Positions 37,259 to 47,117 of a stretch of 64,000 nucleotides of DNA are shown here, one piece after another. Position 1 is the first letter of the stretch. Each line of letters opens with the position of its first letter. Made by a program: the position numbers and the translations under genes. Under the pieces are notes generated by a model. That model did no database searches and had not been told where the DNA came from. It saw nothing but the letters and a program-made list of their open reading frames with translations. The stretch lies in contig JAGSYU010000006.1 of NCBI GenBank assembly GCA_018262575.1, positions 7,528 through 71,527 of the forward strand. The letters are read 5' to 3'. The DNA is from Pseudomonadota bacterium (GTDB taxonomy: Bacteria > Pseudomonadota > Alphaproteobacteria > Rhizobiales > Pleomorphomonadaceae).

Positions 37259-38356
37259 ATGATCGACATCCGCGTTTCCAACTGCAACAAGAGCTACGGC
37301 TCGCTGAGGGTGCTGAAAGACATCAACCTCGAAATCGAGCGCGGCGAGTTCATCGTGCTCTTGGGGCCATCGGGTTGCGGCAAGTCGACGCTGCTGCATA
37401 TCGTCGCCGGTCTCGACCGGCTGAGTTCGGGAGAGATCGAGATCGGCGGCCGCGACGTCACCGATGTCGAGCCCAAGGACCGCGACATCGCCATGGTGTT
37501 CCAGTCCTACGCCCTCTATCCGACCATGAGCGTGCGCAGCAACATGGAGTTCGGCCTGCGCATGCGCGGCAAGCCGATGTCGGAGATCCGGCCGCTGGTC
37601 GAGGAAAAGGCGCGCATGCTGCACATCGACCACCTGCTGGATCGACGGCCGAGCCAGTTGTCCGGCGGCCAGCGACAGCGCGTCGCCATCGGCCGGGCGC
37701 TGGTGCGCGATCCCAAGGTGTTCCTGTTCGACGAGCCTCTCTCCAATCTCGACGCCAAGCTGCGCGCCAGCATGCGGACCGAGATCAAGAAATTGCACCA
37801 GTCGCTGGGGACAACGGCGATCTACGTCACCCACGATCAGCTCGAGGCGATGACGCTCGCCACGCGCATGGTGGTGATGAAGGCCGGCGAGATCCAGCAG
37901 ATCGGCAAGCCGGAAGAGGTCTACCACCGGCCGGTCAACCTGTTCGTCGCCGACTTCCTCGGCAACCCCGGCATGAATTTCATGAAGGGACACCTGCGGC
38001 TCGACGGCGGCCGCGTCTCGGCCGACGTCGGTGCGGCAACGCTGCCGCTCGACGGTTATGCCTTTGAGGTGGCGCCGGTCGCTGGGCAAGCGGTGGTGAT
38101 CGGCCTCCGCCCCGAATCCATCCAGCCAGCGTCTGTTCAGATGTCGGACGGCGGTGCACCCTACGCCTTGACGCTAAAGCCGATTTTGACCGAGCATACC
38201 GGCTCGGACAACCTCGTCGTGCTGGCGATGGGCGAACAGGAGATCGTCGGCAAGTTCCCCTCCGACATGCTGCCAAAGCTCGGGGAGCCTGTTGCGATTG
38301 GCTTCGACCTCTCCCGCGTCTCGGTATTCGACGCCGAAAGCGAGCGGCGCATCTAG
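37259..38356 (+). CDS. Sugar ABC transporter ATP-binding protein (MalK/UgpC-like)
   Basis: GPSGCGKS, VFQSYALYP, LSGGQRQR, DEPLSNLD. Confidence 0.95.
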   Translation: MIDIRVSNCNKSYGSLRVLKDINLEIERGEFIVLLGPSGCGKSTLLHIVAGLDRLSSGEIEIGGRDVTDVEPKDRDIAMVFQSYALYPTMSVRSNMEFGLRMRGKPMSEIRPLVEEKARMLHIDHLLDRRPSQLSGGQRQRVAIGRALVRDPKVFLFDEPLSNLDAKLRASMRTEIKKLHQSLGTTAIYVTHDQLEAMTLATRMVVMKAGEIQQIGKPEEVYHRPVNLFVADFLGNPGMNFMKGHLRLDGGRVSADVGAATLPLDGYAFEVAPVAGQAVVIGLRPESIQPASVQMSDGGAPYALTLKPILTEHTGSDNLVVLAMGEQEIVGKFPSDMLPKLGEPVAIGFDLSRVSVFDAESERRI

Positions 38357-38361
38357 CCTGG

Positions 38362-38952
38362 TCAGTGCGGTCGCTTCGCCTGCAGGCCCGATATCATGAT
38401 GTCGATGATGGCGTGGGCGGCGGCTTCCTCGTTTATGCGGCCGCCGCTGAACTGGACCATGCCGCCGAGGGCACGCAGCAAATCGAGTGGATCGACGTCA
38501 ATGCCGATCTCTCCGGACGCAACGGCATTGGCCACCAGGAAATCGATCGTCCGCTTGGTTTCGGCGCCGGAAGCGGCGTAGAGTGACGACTTGCCATCAG
38601 CCAGCGAGTCCAGCAGCTCCATCATGCCGTGCTTGACCGACATGTAGTTGAAGAAGAGGCGCATCCACTCCCTGAGCGCCTCGACCGGCGGCCGACTGGC
38701 GGCAAGTTCCGATGCCGCCTGTACCAATTGGTCGCTCTCGTTGCGATAGACCGCCTCGATCAGCGCGTCGCGCGTCGGGAAATGGCGATAGAGCGTCCCG
38801 CTGCCGACGCCAGCCGTCCGCGCCACCTCCTCAAGACTGGCAGTGCCCCCTCTTTCCGCGAATACCGCCTTGGCGGCGTCGATCAGCCGGCCGCGATTGC
38901 GGGCAGCGTCGGCGCGCGGCTTGCGGGAAGGCGTCTCGGGGCTGTCGATCAC
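38362..38952 (-). CDS. TetR/AcrR transcriptional regulator
   Basis: RADAARNR...GVGSGTLYRHFPTR; GTG start with gagga RBS. Confidence 0.9.
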   Translation of the reverse strand: MIDSPETPSRKPRADAARNRGRLIDAAKAVFAERGGTASLEEVARTAGVGSGTLYRHFPTRDALIEAVYRNESDQLVQAASELAASRPPVEALREWMRLFFNYMSVKHGMMELLDSLADGKSSLYAASGAETKRTIDFLVANAVASGEIGIDVDPLDLLRALGGMVQFSGGRINEEAAAHAIIDIMISGLQAKRPH

Positions 38953-38974
38953 GTCCGCGTGATCCTCTTGATAA

Positions 38975-38991
38975 ACGGAGGTACCCTCCGT
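38975..38991. promoter_or_regulatory. TetR operator palindrome
   Basis: ACGGAGG-TAC-CCTCCGT between divergent tetR and SDR genes; degenerate second copy at ~39000-39015. Confidence 0.65.
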
Positions 38992-39088
38992 ATTTGAAAG
39001 CGGAGATGCCCTCCTTTTATTCCAAAACCGGCCGGCGGGCAACGGTCCGCCCGGCACGGACGGAGGGTTTCGGCGCAAGGAGACAGAT

Positions 39089-40060
39089 ATGACCACACCA
39101 TTTGGCGCGACCTCGACCACCGACGACGTGCTCGCCGGCATTGATCTTTCAGGCAAGCGTATCCTCGTCACCGGCGTTTCGGCCGGCCTCGGCGTCGAAA
39201 CGGCGCGATCCCTCGTCGCCCGCGGCGCCTCGGTCGTCGGCGCGGCGCGCGATCTCAACAAGGCCGGGGCGGCGACGGCGCCGGTCAACGCCGCGGCCGT
39301 TGAAAGCGGTGGCGCCTTCAATCTTGTCGAGCTCGACCTTGCCTCGTTCGCCAGCATTCGCGCGGCCGCCGACCGGCTGGTCGTCGAGGGGCGGCCGTTC
39401 GACGTCGTCATCGCCAATGCCGGCGTCATGGCGGCACCGTTCGGCCATACTGTCGATGGCTTCGAGACGCAGTTCGGCACCAACCATCTCGGCCACTTCC
39501 TGTTCGTCAACCGGATCGCCGGGCTGATCGCGCCGGGTGGCCGCCTCGTCAACGTCGCCTCTTCAGGCCATCGCTTCGCCGACGTCGATCTCGATGACCC
39601 GAACTTCGAGAACAGCCCCTACGATCCCTGGGTCGCCTATGGCCGTTCGAAGACCTCCAACATCCTGTTCGCCGTAGAGTTCGACCGCCGTCATCGGGCG
39701 CGCGGCGTACGCGCCACCGCGCTGCATCCGGGCGGCATCAGCACCGAGCTCAGCCGGCACGTCGGCGTCGATACACTCAAGGCCATGATCGAGCGTATCA
39801 ATGTCGAGCTGGCCGCCGCCGGCAAGCCACCCTATCGCTGGAAGAGCATTCCCCAGGGTGCTGCCACTTCGGTGTGGGCCGGCCTGGTCGCCGACGCCAA
39901 CGAGGTGGGTGGTCGCTATTGTGAGAACTGCCATGTTTCGGAGATCACCGACGGCGTCATCAATCCGGTTGCCGAAGGGGTCCGCTCCTACGCACTCGAT
40001 CCCGATCGCGCCAGGGCGTTGTGGGCAAAAAGCGAAGAACTCGTCGGCGAACGCTTCTGA
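39089..40060 (+). CDS. Short-chain dehydrogenase/reductase
   Basis: TGVSAGLG, NAGVM, FGTNHLGHF, YGRSK. Confidence 0.93.
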   Translation: MTTPFGATSTTDDVLAGIDLSGKRILVTGVSAGLGVETARSLVARGASVVGAARDLNKAGAATAPVNAAAVESGGAFNLVELDLASFASIRAAADRLVVEGRPFDVVIANAGVMAAPFGHTVDGFETQFGTNHLGHFLFVNRIAGLIAPGGRLVNVASSGHRFADVDLDDPNFENSPYDPWVAYGRSKTSNILFAVEFDRRHRARGVRATALHPGGISTELSRHVGVDTLKAMIERINVELAAAGKPPYRWKSIPQGAATSVWAGLVADANEVGGRYCENCHVSEITDGVINPVAEGVRSYALDPDRARALWAKSEELVGERF

Positions 40061-40140
40061 GCTCTGACGATGTCGGCCGGACAAGCGTTCGGCCGACGAT
40101 CGGAGACGATGAAAATCGTGAAATTCTTCAGCCGCTTACG

Positions 40141-40179
40141 TGTCATGCGGCATTCATGCGACTGTCATGCCGCCGTCAC
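40141..40179 (+). promoter_or_regulatory. Pho box array (PhoB sites)
   Basis: TGTCAT/ATTCAT/TGTCAT/CGTCAC at exact 11-bp period upstream of alkaline phosphatase. Confidence 0.75.
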
Positions 40180-40242
40180 GCCCCCTGCCTACCAAGGAGC
40201 CGCGCTCTTTTCGACGCGATCCAATTTTTCAAGGGGCAGACC

Positions 40243-41916
40243 ATGCGCACTCTTTTCCTGGCGCTCACCGCCAGCACGGCTCTGATCGGCGCGGCCGGCG
40301 CGGCCACCGTCTATCCGCTGGACCGGGCGACCATCCTCGCCGGCTCGCCCTTCGACTTCAAGGTGGAGTTCGAGGGATCGGTGAAGGCTGAGGACGTCAA
40401 GATCGCCGTCAACGGTGCCGATTACAAGGCGGCGCTCGGCGGCGAAGTCGAGTTCATCGCCTCGGAGAAGGGCAAGGACGACGCGGCGCTCGGCTCAGCG
40501 GTGCTGCTGCGCGGCGTGAAGATTGGCAAGGCTGGCGCCTACACCATCGAAGTTTCGGCCGGCGACGAGAAGAAGTCGGTCACCTGGGACGTTTACGCAA
40601 CGCCCGAAGCACCCAAGGCCAAGAACGTCATCTTCCTGCTCGGCGACGGCCTGTCGGTCGCCCATCGCACCGCCGCCCGCCTGATGTCGAAGGGCATGAC
40701 CGAAGGCAAGGCCAACGGTCGCCTCGCCATGGACGACCTCGACCACATGGCGTTCATCGGCACCTCGGCCACCAACGCCATCAACACCGACTCGGCCAAT
40801 ACCATGTCGGCCTACATGACCGGCCACAAGACGGCGATCAACGCCCTCGGCGTCTATGCCGACCGTACGCCGCCGACGCAGGACGATCCGAAGGTGGAGA
40901 CCATCGCCGAGGCGCTGCGCCGCACCACCAAGAAGTCGATCGGCATCGTCGTCACGTCGGAAGTCGAGGATGCGACGCCGGCCGCCGTGGTCGCCCATAC
41001 CCGCAAGCGCGACGACAAGGCCGACATCGTCGGCATGCTCTACGACGTCAAGCCGGACGTGGTGCTGGGCGGTGGCTCGGCCTATTTCCTGTCGAAGGAC
41101 GTGCCGGGCTCCAAGCGCAAGGACGACAAGGATTACATCAAGCTGTTCCAGGAGGCCGGCTACAAGCTCGCCACCGACAAGACCGAGCTCGAGAAGGCAA
41201 CTGGTTCGGACAAGCTCCTCGGCCTGTTCCACACCGGCAACATGGACTACGCCCTCGACCGCCTGCAGCTCAAGAAGGGCAGCGTCGACAAGTTCCCGAA
41301 CCAGCCCGGCCTTACCGAGATGACCAAGATCGCCCTCGACAACCTCTCGAAGAATCCCGAAGGCTTCTTCCTGATGGTCGAGGCCTCCTGCATCGACAAG
41401 GCCAGCCATCCGCTCGACATGGAACGCGCCACGCTGATCGTCGTCACCGGCGACCATACCCACGGTGTATCGATCGTCGGTACCATCGACGACACTCTCG
41501 GCAAACAGGGCCGTGAGAAGTTCCTGGTCGGCGCCAACGCCGGCTTCCCGACCTATACTGACGAAGACAAGGACGGCTTCCCGGACAAGATCGACCCGAG
41601 CCGTCGCCTTGCCATGTTCGTCTCGAACTACCCGGACCACTACGAGACCTTCAATCCGAAGCTCGACGGGCCGTTCGAACCGGCGGTGAAGAACGAAGCC
41701 GGCGAGTACGTCGCCAACGACAAGTACAAGGACGTGCCGGGCGCCATCTTCGTCGAGGGCAACCTGCCCAAGGACGAATCGACCGGTACGCACACGGTCG
41801 ACGACGTCGTGCTGCAGGCGGCCGGCCCCGGCGCCGAGGCGTTCAAGGGCTACATGGAAGAGAGCGACGTCTACAAGGTGCTGGCTGACGCCTTCGCCCT
41901 CGGCGTGAAGCAGTAA
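40243..41916 (+). CDS. phoA: Alkaline phosphatase (PhoA family) with N-terminal extra domain; apparent internal in-frame deletion
   Basis: Signal peptide; KNVIFLLGDG, TDSA, DATPA, FLMVE..IDK..H, GDH, TH motifs. Confidence 0.88.
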   Translation: MRTLFLALTASTALIGAAGAATVYPLDRATILAGSPFDFKVEFEGSVKAEDVKIAVNGADYKAALGGEVEFIASEKGKDDAALGSAVLLRGVKIGKAGAYTIEVSAGDEKKSVTWDVYATPEAPKAKNVIFLLGDGLSVAHRTAARLMSKGMTEGKANGRLAMDDLDHMAFIGTSATNAINTDSANTMSAYMTGHKTAINALGVYADRTPPTQDDPKVETIAEALRRTTKKSIGIVVTSEVEDATPAAVVAHTRKRDDKADIVGMLYDVKPDVVLGGGSAYFLSKDVPGSKRKDDKDYIKLFQEAGYKLATDKTELEKATGSDKLLGLFHTGNMDYALDRLQLKKGSVDKFPNQPGLTEMTKIALDNLSKNPEGFFLMVEASCIDKASHPLDMERATLIVVTGDHTHGVSIVGTIDDTLGKQGREKFLVGANAGFPTYTDEDKDGFPDKIDPSRRLAMFVSNYPDHYETFNPKLDGPFEPAVKNEAGEYVANDKYKDVPGAIFVEGNLPKDESTGTHTVDDVVLQAAGPGAEAFKGYMEESDVYKVLADAFALGVKQ

Positions 41917-41932
41917 TCCCTGCGGTATCCTT

Positions 41933-41977
41933 CGCGGGCCGGGCGATCAACGGTCGCCCGGCCCGCGCGTCTTTTTT
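41933..41977 (+). terminator. Intrinsic terminator/attenuator inside the operon
   Basis: 16-bp GC stem 41933-41948/41952-41967 plus T6. Confidence 0.65.
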
Positions 41978-41995
41978 CAACTCGCGGAGATTTCC

Positions 41996-42451
41996 ATGGC
42001 GCGGACGACAGTCCCTGCGGTCAGCCGCCGGACGTTTCTCGCCGGGCTCGCCGTCCTCTCCTGCGTCGGCGCCGTACGGGCCGGCGACACGCTGACCTTC
42101 GACGAGCTCTACGGCAAGGTGTCGGTTCTCGGCCTCGCCTTCTCCGACAAGGCGAAGTCGCTCAACGGCAAGACGGTGTCGATGCGCGGTTTCATGGCGC
42201 CGCCGCTCAAAGCCGAAGCGGCGTTCTTCGTGCTTTCCGAAATCCCGATGGCGCTCTGTCCCTTCTGCTCGTCGGACGCCGATTGGCCGAGCAACATCGT
42301 CGTCGTCTACATCGACGAGAAGACGACCTTCCTGCCACCGTCGAAGCTGATCGAAGTGACCGGCACGCTGGAGGTCGGGTCCTGGACAGATCCCGAGACG
42401 GGCTTCGTCAGCCTGCTGCGCCTTGTCCACTCCTCCTTCGAAGCGGTGTGA
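41996..42451 (+). CDS. Tat-exported DUF3299-like protein with CPFC motif
   Basis: SRRTFL twin-arginine signal; GKTVSMRGFM, CPFC, IEVTGTL. Confidence 0.8.
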   Translation: MARTTVPAVSRRTFLAGLAVLSCVGAVRAGDTLTFDELYGKVSVLGLAFSDKAKSLNGKTVSMRGFMAPPLKAEAAFFVLSEIPMALCPFCSSDADWPSNIVVVYIDEKTTFLPPSKLIEVTGTLEVGSWTDPETGFVSLLRLVHSSFEAV

Positions 42452-42454
42452 CCC

Positions 42455-43141
42455 ATGTTGCCGCTGACCCTTTCCGGCGTCTCCATTTCCTTTCCCGGTC
42501 TCGCCCAGCCGGTACTGGCCATCGATGCGCTAACCGTTCCGGGCGGTGGACGACTCGCCGTCACCGGCGCCTCCGGCTCGGGCAAGAGCACCTTCGTCAA
42601 CCTCGTCTCCGGCCTTGAGCGGCCCGACCGCGGCACCATTCGCTGGCGCGATACCGACATCACGACGCTGTCCGAGAGCGGTCGCGACCGTTGGCGGGCA
42701 ACCAACGTCGGTCTGGTCATGCAGGATTTCCACCTGTTCCCCGGCCTTGCGGCCATCGACAATGTGCTGCTGCCGGCCCGCCTCGCCCACGCGGCCACGA
42801 CTGACGTCAAGACGCGCGCCCTTGAGCTTCTGGCGCGCGTCGGCCTCTCAAGGCCGAACCAATCCGTCGAGACCATGTCGCGCGGCGAGATGCAACGCGT
42901 CGCCGTGGCACGCGCCCTTCTTCGCCGACCCGGCGTCATCATCGCCGACGAACCGACCGCCAGCCTTGACACCGAGGCCGGCGCCGAGGTCAGCCGGCTG
43001 CTTCTGGAACTTGCCGAGCAGGAGGGTGCCACGCTGATCGTCGTCAGCCATGACGAGCGGCTGACCGAACGGCTCGATCGGCGCGTTCGCCTCGCCGCCG
43101 GCCGCGTCGTCGACGACACCGCCCCGGGGGCTTCGTCATGA
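42455..43141 (+). CDS. ABC ATP-binding protein (LolD/MacB type)
   Basis: GASGSGKS, MSRGEMQR, ADEPTASLD, VSHD. Confidence 0.92.
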   Translation: MLPLTLSGVSISFPGLAQPVLAIDALTVPGGGRLAVTGASGSGKSTFVNLVSGLERPDRGTIRWRDTDITTLSESGRDRWRATNVGLVMQDFHLFPGLAAIDNVLLPARLAHAATTDVKTRALELLARVGLSRPNQSVETMSRGEMQRVAVARALLRRPGVIIADEPTASLDTEAGAEVSRLLLELAEQEGATLIVVSHDERLTERLDRRVRLAAGRVVDDTAPGASS

Positions 43142-44430
43142 TCCGCTTCGTTCTCGCCGACCTCCGCCGCCTTTGGGCCGCCTCGCTGGTCATCGTGCTG
43201 TTGGTGGCACTGGCTACCGCCTTCGGCGTCGCCGTGACGCTGCAGGAGCGGGCGGTACGTCTCGGTTCGGCGCGCGCTGCCGACAAGTTCGATCTCATCG
43301 TCGGCGCGCCCGGCTCGGAGACCCAACTGGTGCTCTCCTCGGTCTTCCTGCAGCCGGCGGCGCTGCCGCTGATGTCAGGTGAGGTGCTGACCAAGCTCGC
43401 TGCCGACCCGCGCGTCGCCTGGGCGGCGCCGATCGGTTTCGGTGACAATTTCGCGGGTTATCCCATCGTCGGGACGACCAACGCGCTGGTTACCGGCACG
43501 ACGTCTGGCTTCATCGAGGGCGACATGTTCGCCCACGAGGGCGAGGCGGTGATCGGTTCGGGCGTTGATCTTGCCATCGGCGCCGAGGTGAAGCCGATGC
43601 ACGGTCAGGCCGGCGAAGGCGGGGAAACCCATGCCGATTCGATCTATCGCGTGGTCGGCAAGCTCCAACCGACCGGTACCGCCTGGGACCGGGCGATCCT
43701 CGTTCCCATTCAGGCAGTATGGCACGTCCACGGCCTGGGCGAAGACCACGACCATGAGGAGGCCGGCCACGACGAACACGCCGCCGCCGGTCATGAGGTG
43801 GGCGCCGACCATGAGGGCGAGGCCGCCGAGGACCACCACCACGGCCATATCGACGCCGATGCGGCGATCGACGAGGATTTCGACCACGGGGTTCCGGGCC
43901 TGCCAGCCATCCTCGTCAAGCCGAAGACCATCGCCGATGCCTATGCGCTCAGGCAGGCCTACCGTGCGGAGGGCAGCACGCGCGCCATTTTTCCGGCCGA
44001 GGTGTTGACCGGGCTCTATGCGACGCTTGGGGACGCCCGCGCCGTGCTGATGTATGTCGCCTATGGCGCGCAGGCGCTGGTCGCTGCGGCCCTGATGCTG
44101 ATCGCTGTCATCCACGTCGCCCAGCGGCGGCGGCAGATCGGCGCGCTCCGGGCCTTCGGCGCGCCGCGCCTTGCCGTGTTCGGCATCGTCTGGCTGGAAC
44201 TGCTGCTGCTGGTCGCCATCGGCGTTGGAGCCGGATTCGCCATCGGCTACGGTGCGGCGGAGTTCCTGGCCGGCCTGTTCACCGCGCAAAGCGGCGTTCG
44301 CCTGCCGGTGGAGTTCACCGCCGACGACGCCATGCTGGCCGCCGCCTTCCTCGCCATCGCCTCGCTGATGGCGGCTTTGCCGGCCGCCCTCGCCTACCGC
44401 CAGTCGCCGGTCGAGGCGCTCAGGGGGTGA
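43138..44430 (+). CDS. FtsX/MacB-type ABC permease with His/Asp/Glu-rich periplasmic insert
   Basis: DLIVGAPGS, RRRQIGALRAFGA, P..ALR end; His-rich tract at ~43720-43890. Confidence 0.9.
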   Translation: MIRFVLADLRRLWAASLVIVLLVALATAFGVAVTLQERAVRLGSARAADKFDLIVGAPGSETQLVLSSVFLQPAALPLMSGEVLTKLAADPRVAWAAPIGFGDNFAGYPIVGTTNALVTGTTSGFIEGDMFAHEGEAVIGSGVDLAIGAEVKPMHGQAGEGGETHADSIYRVVGKLQPTGTAWDRAILVPIQAVWHVHGLGEDHDHEEAGHDEHAAAGHEVGADHEGEAAEDHHHGHIDADAAIDEDFDHGVPGLPAILVKPKTIADAYALRQAYRAEGSTRAIFPAEVLTGLYATLGDARAVLMYVAYGAQALVAAALMLIAVIHVAQRRRQIGALRAFGAPRLAVFGIVWLELLLLVAIGVGAGFAIGYGAAEFLAGLFTAQSGVRLPVEFTADDAMLAAAFLAIASLMAALPAALAYRQSPVEALRG

Positions 44431-44461
44431 AGACGATGCGGTGGCCGTCGTCGGGCAGGTG

Positions 44462-45376
44462 TCAGCCGGTCGTTCGGGCCGCTTCGGCCAGAAGCCAGGT
44501 GCGGAAGGCGGCCACACTCGGGTTGGCCAGGGCGGCAGACGGGTAGACCAAGCTGTAGTTGAACGGTGACGGCTGCCCCTCGACGAAGGCACGGACCAGC
44601 GTACCGGCGCGCAGATCGGCATCGACCAGCGACGTGCGGACCAGGGCAAAGCCCTCGCCACGCCGGCAGGCGGCGAGCATGTCGGCGAACGTCGGAAAGC
44701 ATGCCGCCGCCGACAGCTGATCGGCGAAGCCGGCGGCAGCGCCTTCCGAGTCCACCTGCTCGAACCAGCGGCGCCAGTCGAGCGCCGTATGGCGGACGCC
44801 ATCGTATGTCAGGCAGGGGGCGGCAAGAAAGGCGTTGCGCGGCGGCAGTCGCTCGACCAGCAACGGCGCGCAGACCGCAAACTCATCGTCGACGGTCAGG
44901 GGCTCGGCAACGAGGTTGGCGCCGCCACCGCCCAACCGGATGGCGAGATCGGCACGTCCCGCCGAAAAATCCGGCGCCTGGTAGCCGATCGACAGCGCCA
45001 GCTCGACATCGGGAAAGCGCCGGACGAAGCCGGCCAGCCGCGGCGCCAGCCACTGGCTGGAAAATTCCGGCGTCACCAACAGTTCCACCCTGTCACGGCC
45101 GGCGTCGGCGCGGGCGGACCGCAGCGTCTCCTCGAGCCGCACCAACGTCTCGGCCAACGACGGATAAAGTCGCGCACCCCTCTGGGTAAGGCGAGTCCCG
45201 CCCCGGCCGCGTTCGAAGAGCGCGCCGCCGATCCAGCTTTCCAGTTGGGCGATCTGGTGGCTCACGGCCGTCTGCGTCGATCCCAGCCGTTCGGCGGCGC
45301 GGCTGAAGCCTCCCGTCTCGGCGATAGCGCAGAAGGCTTTCAACGCGGCGATCGACGGCAGCGGACGGCTATCCAT
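44462..45376 (-). CDS. LysR-family regulator (GcvA-like)
   Basis: LPSIAALKAF..GGFSRAAERL..TQTAVSHQI..LE. Confidence 0.92.
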   Translation of the reverse strand: MDSRPLPSIAALKAFCAIAETGGFSRAAERLGSTQTAVSHQIAQLESWIGGALFERGRGGTRLTQRGARLYPSLAETLVRLEETLRSARADAGRDRVELLVTPEFSSQWLAPRLAGFVRRFPDVELALSIGYQAPDFSAGRADLAIRLGGGGANLVAEPLTVDDEFAVCAPLLVERLPPRNAFLAAPCLTYDGVRHTALDWRRWFEQVDSEGAAAGFADQLSAAACFPTFADMLAACRRGEGFALVRTSLVDADLRAGTLVRAFVEGQPSPFNYSLVYPSAALANPSVAAFRTWLLAEAARTTG

Positions 45377-45389
45377 GAAATTTCCTCAT
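45375..45389. promoter_or_regulatory. LysR T-N11-A box
   Basis: ATG-N9-CAT dyad overlapping the LysR start codon. Confidence 0.45.
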
Positions 45390-45451
45390 GCCATGGCGAG
45401 AGATGTTTCATTTCATCTCCTTTTCATAGCATGGCAAATCTCGGCATAGGA

Positions 45452-45619
45452 ATGAAGCTATCCCGGATTTTCATCATGATTTTTCATGTCATTCGCTGGC
45501 TGCGAACCAGACGTCATCGGCGGGTCCGACATATCGCAACGCTGAGTGCCCATCTTCAGCGAGACATCGGCATCGATGAAGCGCGTCCCGAAACGCCGGT
45601 CAGGGTCAGCAGGCCGTGA
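45452..45619 (+). CDS. Small DUF1127 protein
   Basis: RW...RR....LSAHLQRDIGI motif; divergent from LysR; alternative start 45476. Confidence 0.7.
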   Translation: MKLSRIFIMIFHVIRWLRTRRHRRVRHIATLSAHLQRDIGIDEARPETPVRVSRP

Positions 45620-46994
45620 CGTTGACGGCAAGGCCACCAAGCGAGGTTTCCTTGTATTTCGACTGCATGTCGAGGCCGGTCTGGCGCATGGTCTCAAGCG
45701 CCGCGTCGAGGCTGACGATATGGCGACCGTCGCCGGCCAGCGCCAGGGAAGCCGCATTGATCGCCTTGATGGCGCCGAAGGCGTTGCGTTCGATACAAGG
45801 GATCTGTACCAGGCCGCCGACCGGATCGCAGGTCATGCCGAGATGATGCTCGATGGCGATCTCGGCGGCGTTTTCCACCTGGGCGGGGCTGCCGTCGAGA
45901 GCGGCACAAAGGCCGGCTGCCGCCATGGCCGCCGCCGAGCCAACCTCGCCCTGGCAGCCGACCTCGGCGCCTGAGATCGAGGCGTTGCGCTTGATGAGGC
46001 CGCCGATCGCCGCCGCCGTCAGCAGGAAGCGACGGAGTCCGTCAGGCTCGCCGCCACAGAAGTCGCGGTAGTAGCGCAGCACGGCCGGCACCACACCCGC
46101 AGCGCCGTTGGTCGGCGCAGTGACGACGCGGCCACCGGCGGCGTTCTCCTCGTTGACGGCAATGGCGAAGCAGGAAACGTAGTCCATCACCACCATCGGC
46201 GAGCGGTCGTTACCGGCCTCGCGAGCCTGAATGCGCTCGTGGAGCTGACGCGCCCGTCGGCGCACGCCGAGACCACCGGCCAGCTCGCCGTCGCGGTCCA
46301 GACCGCGATCGATGCAGGCGAACATGGCTTCGGAGATGCGGTCGACCGCTGCCAGGCAGTCGTCATCCGGGCGGCGAGCCCGTTCGTTGTCGAGGGCGAT
46401 GTCGGCAATCGAGCGACCGGTGGCGGCCGAAAGAGCCAGAAGCTCGGCGGCGGTGCCATAGCGCCAGGGCAGCGGCACTCTCCCCGCGTCCCCTTCCGTA
46501 TCGCCCTCGCGCAACACGAAGCCGCCGCCGACCGAATACCAGACTTCGGACAGAAGCTCCTCGCCGTTCGCATCATGGGCGACAAAACGCATGGCGTTCG
46601 GGTGGCGCTCGAAAACGGCGACGCAGTCAAAAACGACATCGCGGTCAGGGTCGAAAGCAACCGCCCGGCCATCCGGGAGCGACAGGCACCGCGCCGCCAC
46701 GATGCCGGCCAGCCTGTCATCGGCGAAATCGGGATCGATGTCATCCGGGCGGCAGCCGGCGAGACCGAGTATCAACGCCTTGTCGGTGGCGTGGCCCTTG
46801 CCCGTCCAGGCGAGCGATCCGAAGGCCGTCGCCGTGATACGGACCACCTCGGCCAGCCGCGGCTCCAGATGGCACATGAAGGCGAAGGCGGCGCGCATCG
46901 GGCCGACAGTATGCGAGGACGACGGACCGATACCGATCTTGAACAGTTCGCCGAAAGCAGCCGGCTGGCGGTCGTCGGCGCTGGCGGCCGGCAC
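45606..46994 (-). CDS. sdaA: L-serine ammonia-lyase (Fe-S dependent)
   Basis: [56 protein letters not shown]; start approximate. Confidence 0.93.
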   Translation of the reverse strand: MPAASADDRQPAAFGELFKIGIGPSSSHTVGPMRAAFAFMCHLEPRLAEVVRITATAFGSLAWTGKGHATDKALILGLAGCRPDDIDPDFADDRLAGIVAARCLSLPDGRAVAFDPDRDVVFDCVAVFERHPNAMRFVAHDANGEELLSEVWYSVGGGFVLREGDTEGDAGRVPLPWRYGTAAELLALSAATGRSIADIALDNERARRPDDDCLAAVDRISEAMFACIDRGLDRDGELAGGLGVRRRARQLHERIQAREAGNDRSPMVVMDYVSCFAIAVNEENAAGGRVVTAPTNGAAGVVPAVLRYYRDFCGGEPDGLRRFLLTAAAIGGLIKRNASISGAEVGCQGEVGSAAAMAAAGLCAALDGSPAQVENAAEIAIEHHLGMTCDPVGGLVQIPCIERNAFGAIKAINAASLALAGDGRHIVSLDAALETMRQTGLDMQSKYKETSLGGLAVNVTAC

Positions 46995-47117
46995 GATGTC
47001 GGAAGGCGAGAGCAAGGCCGACGGTCTCCTCCGGAAGAGCACCTTGTGATGCCCCTGGTATCCACGCCATATGGGATGGTTTGCCGCCGGCTGGCAAGAG
47101 CGACCAGAGGGGATGAC

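Noticed and set aside
38953-39552. N-terminal extension of TetR in the ORF track; likewise extensions of photolyase (46239), sdaA (47492), FAD oxidoreductase (63919), nozzle (14544) and ABC genes
   Set aside because: They overlap real genes; homologous domains begin at downstream starts
46995-47117. Glycine riboswitch upstream of sdaA
   Set aside because: Conserved aptamer motifs not found in the correct order on the minus strand
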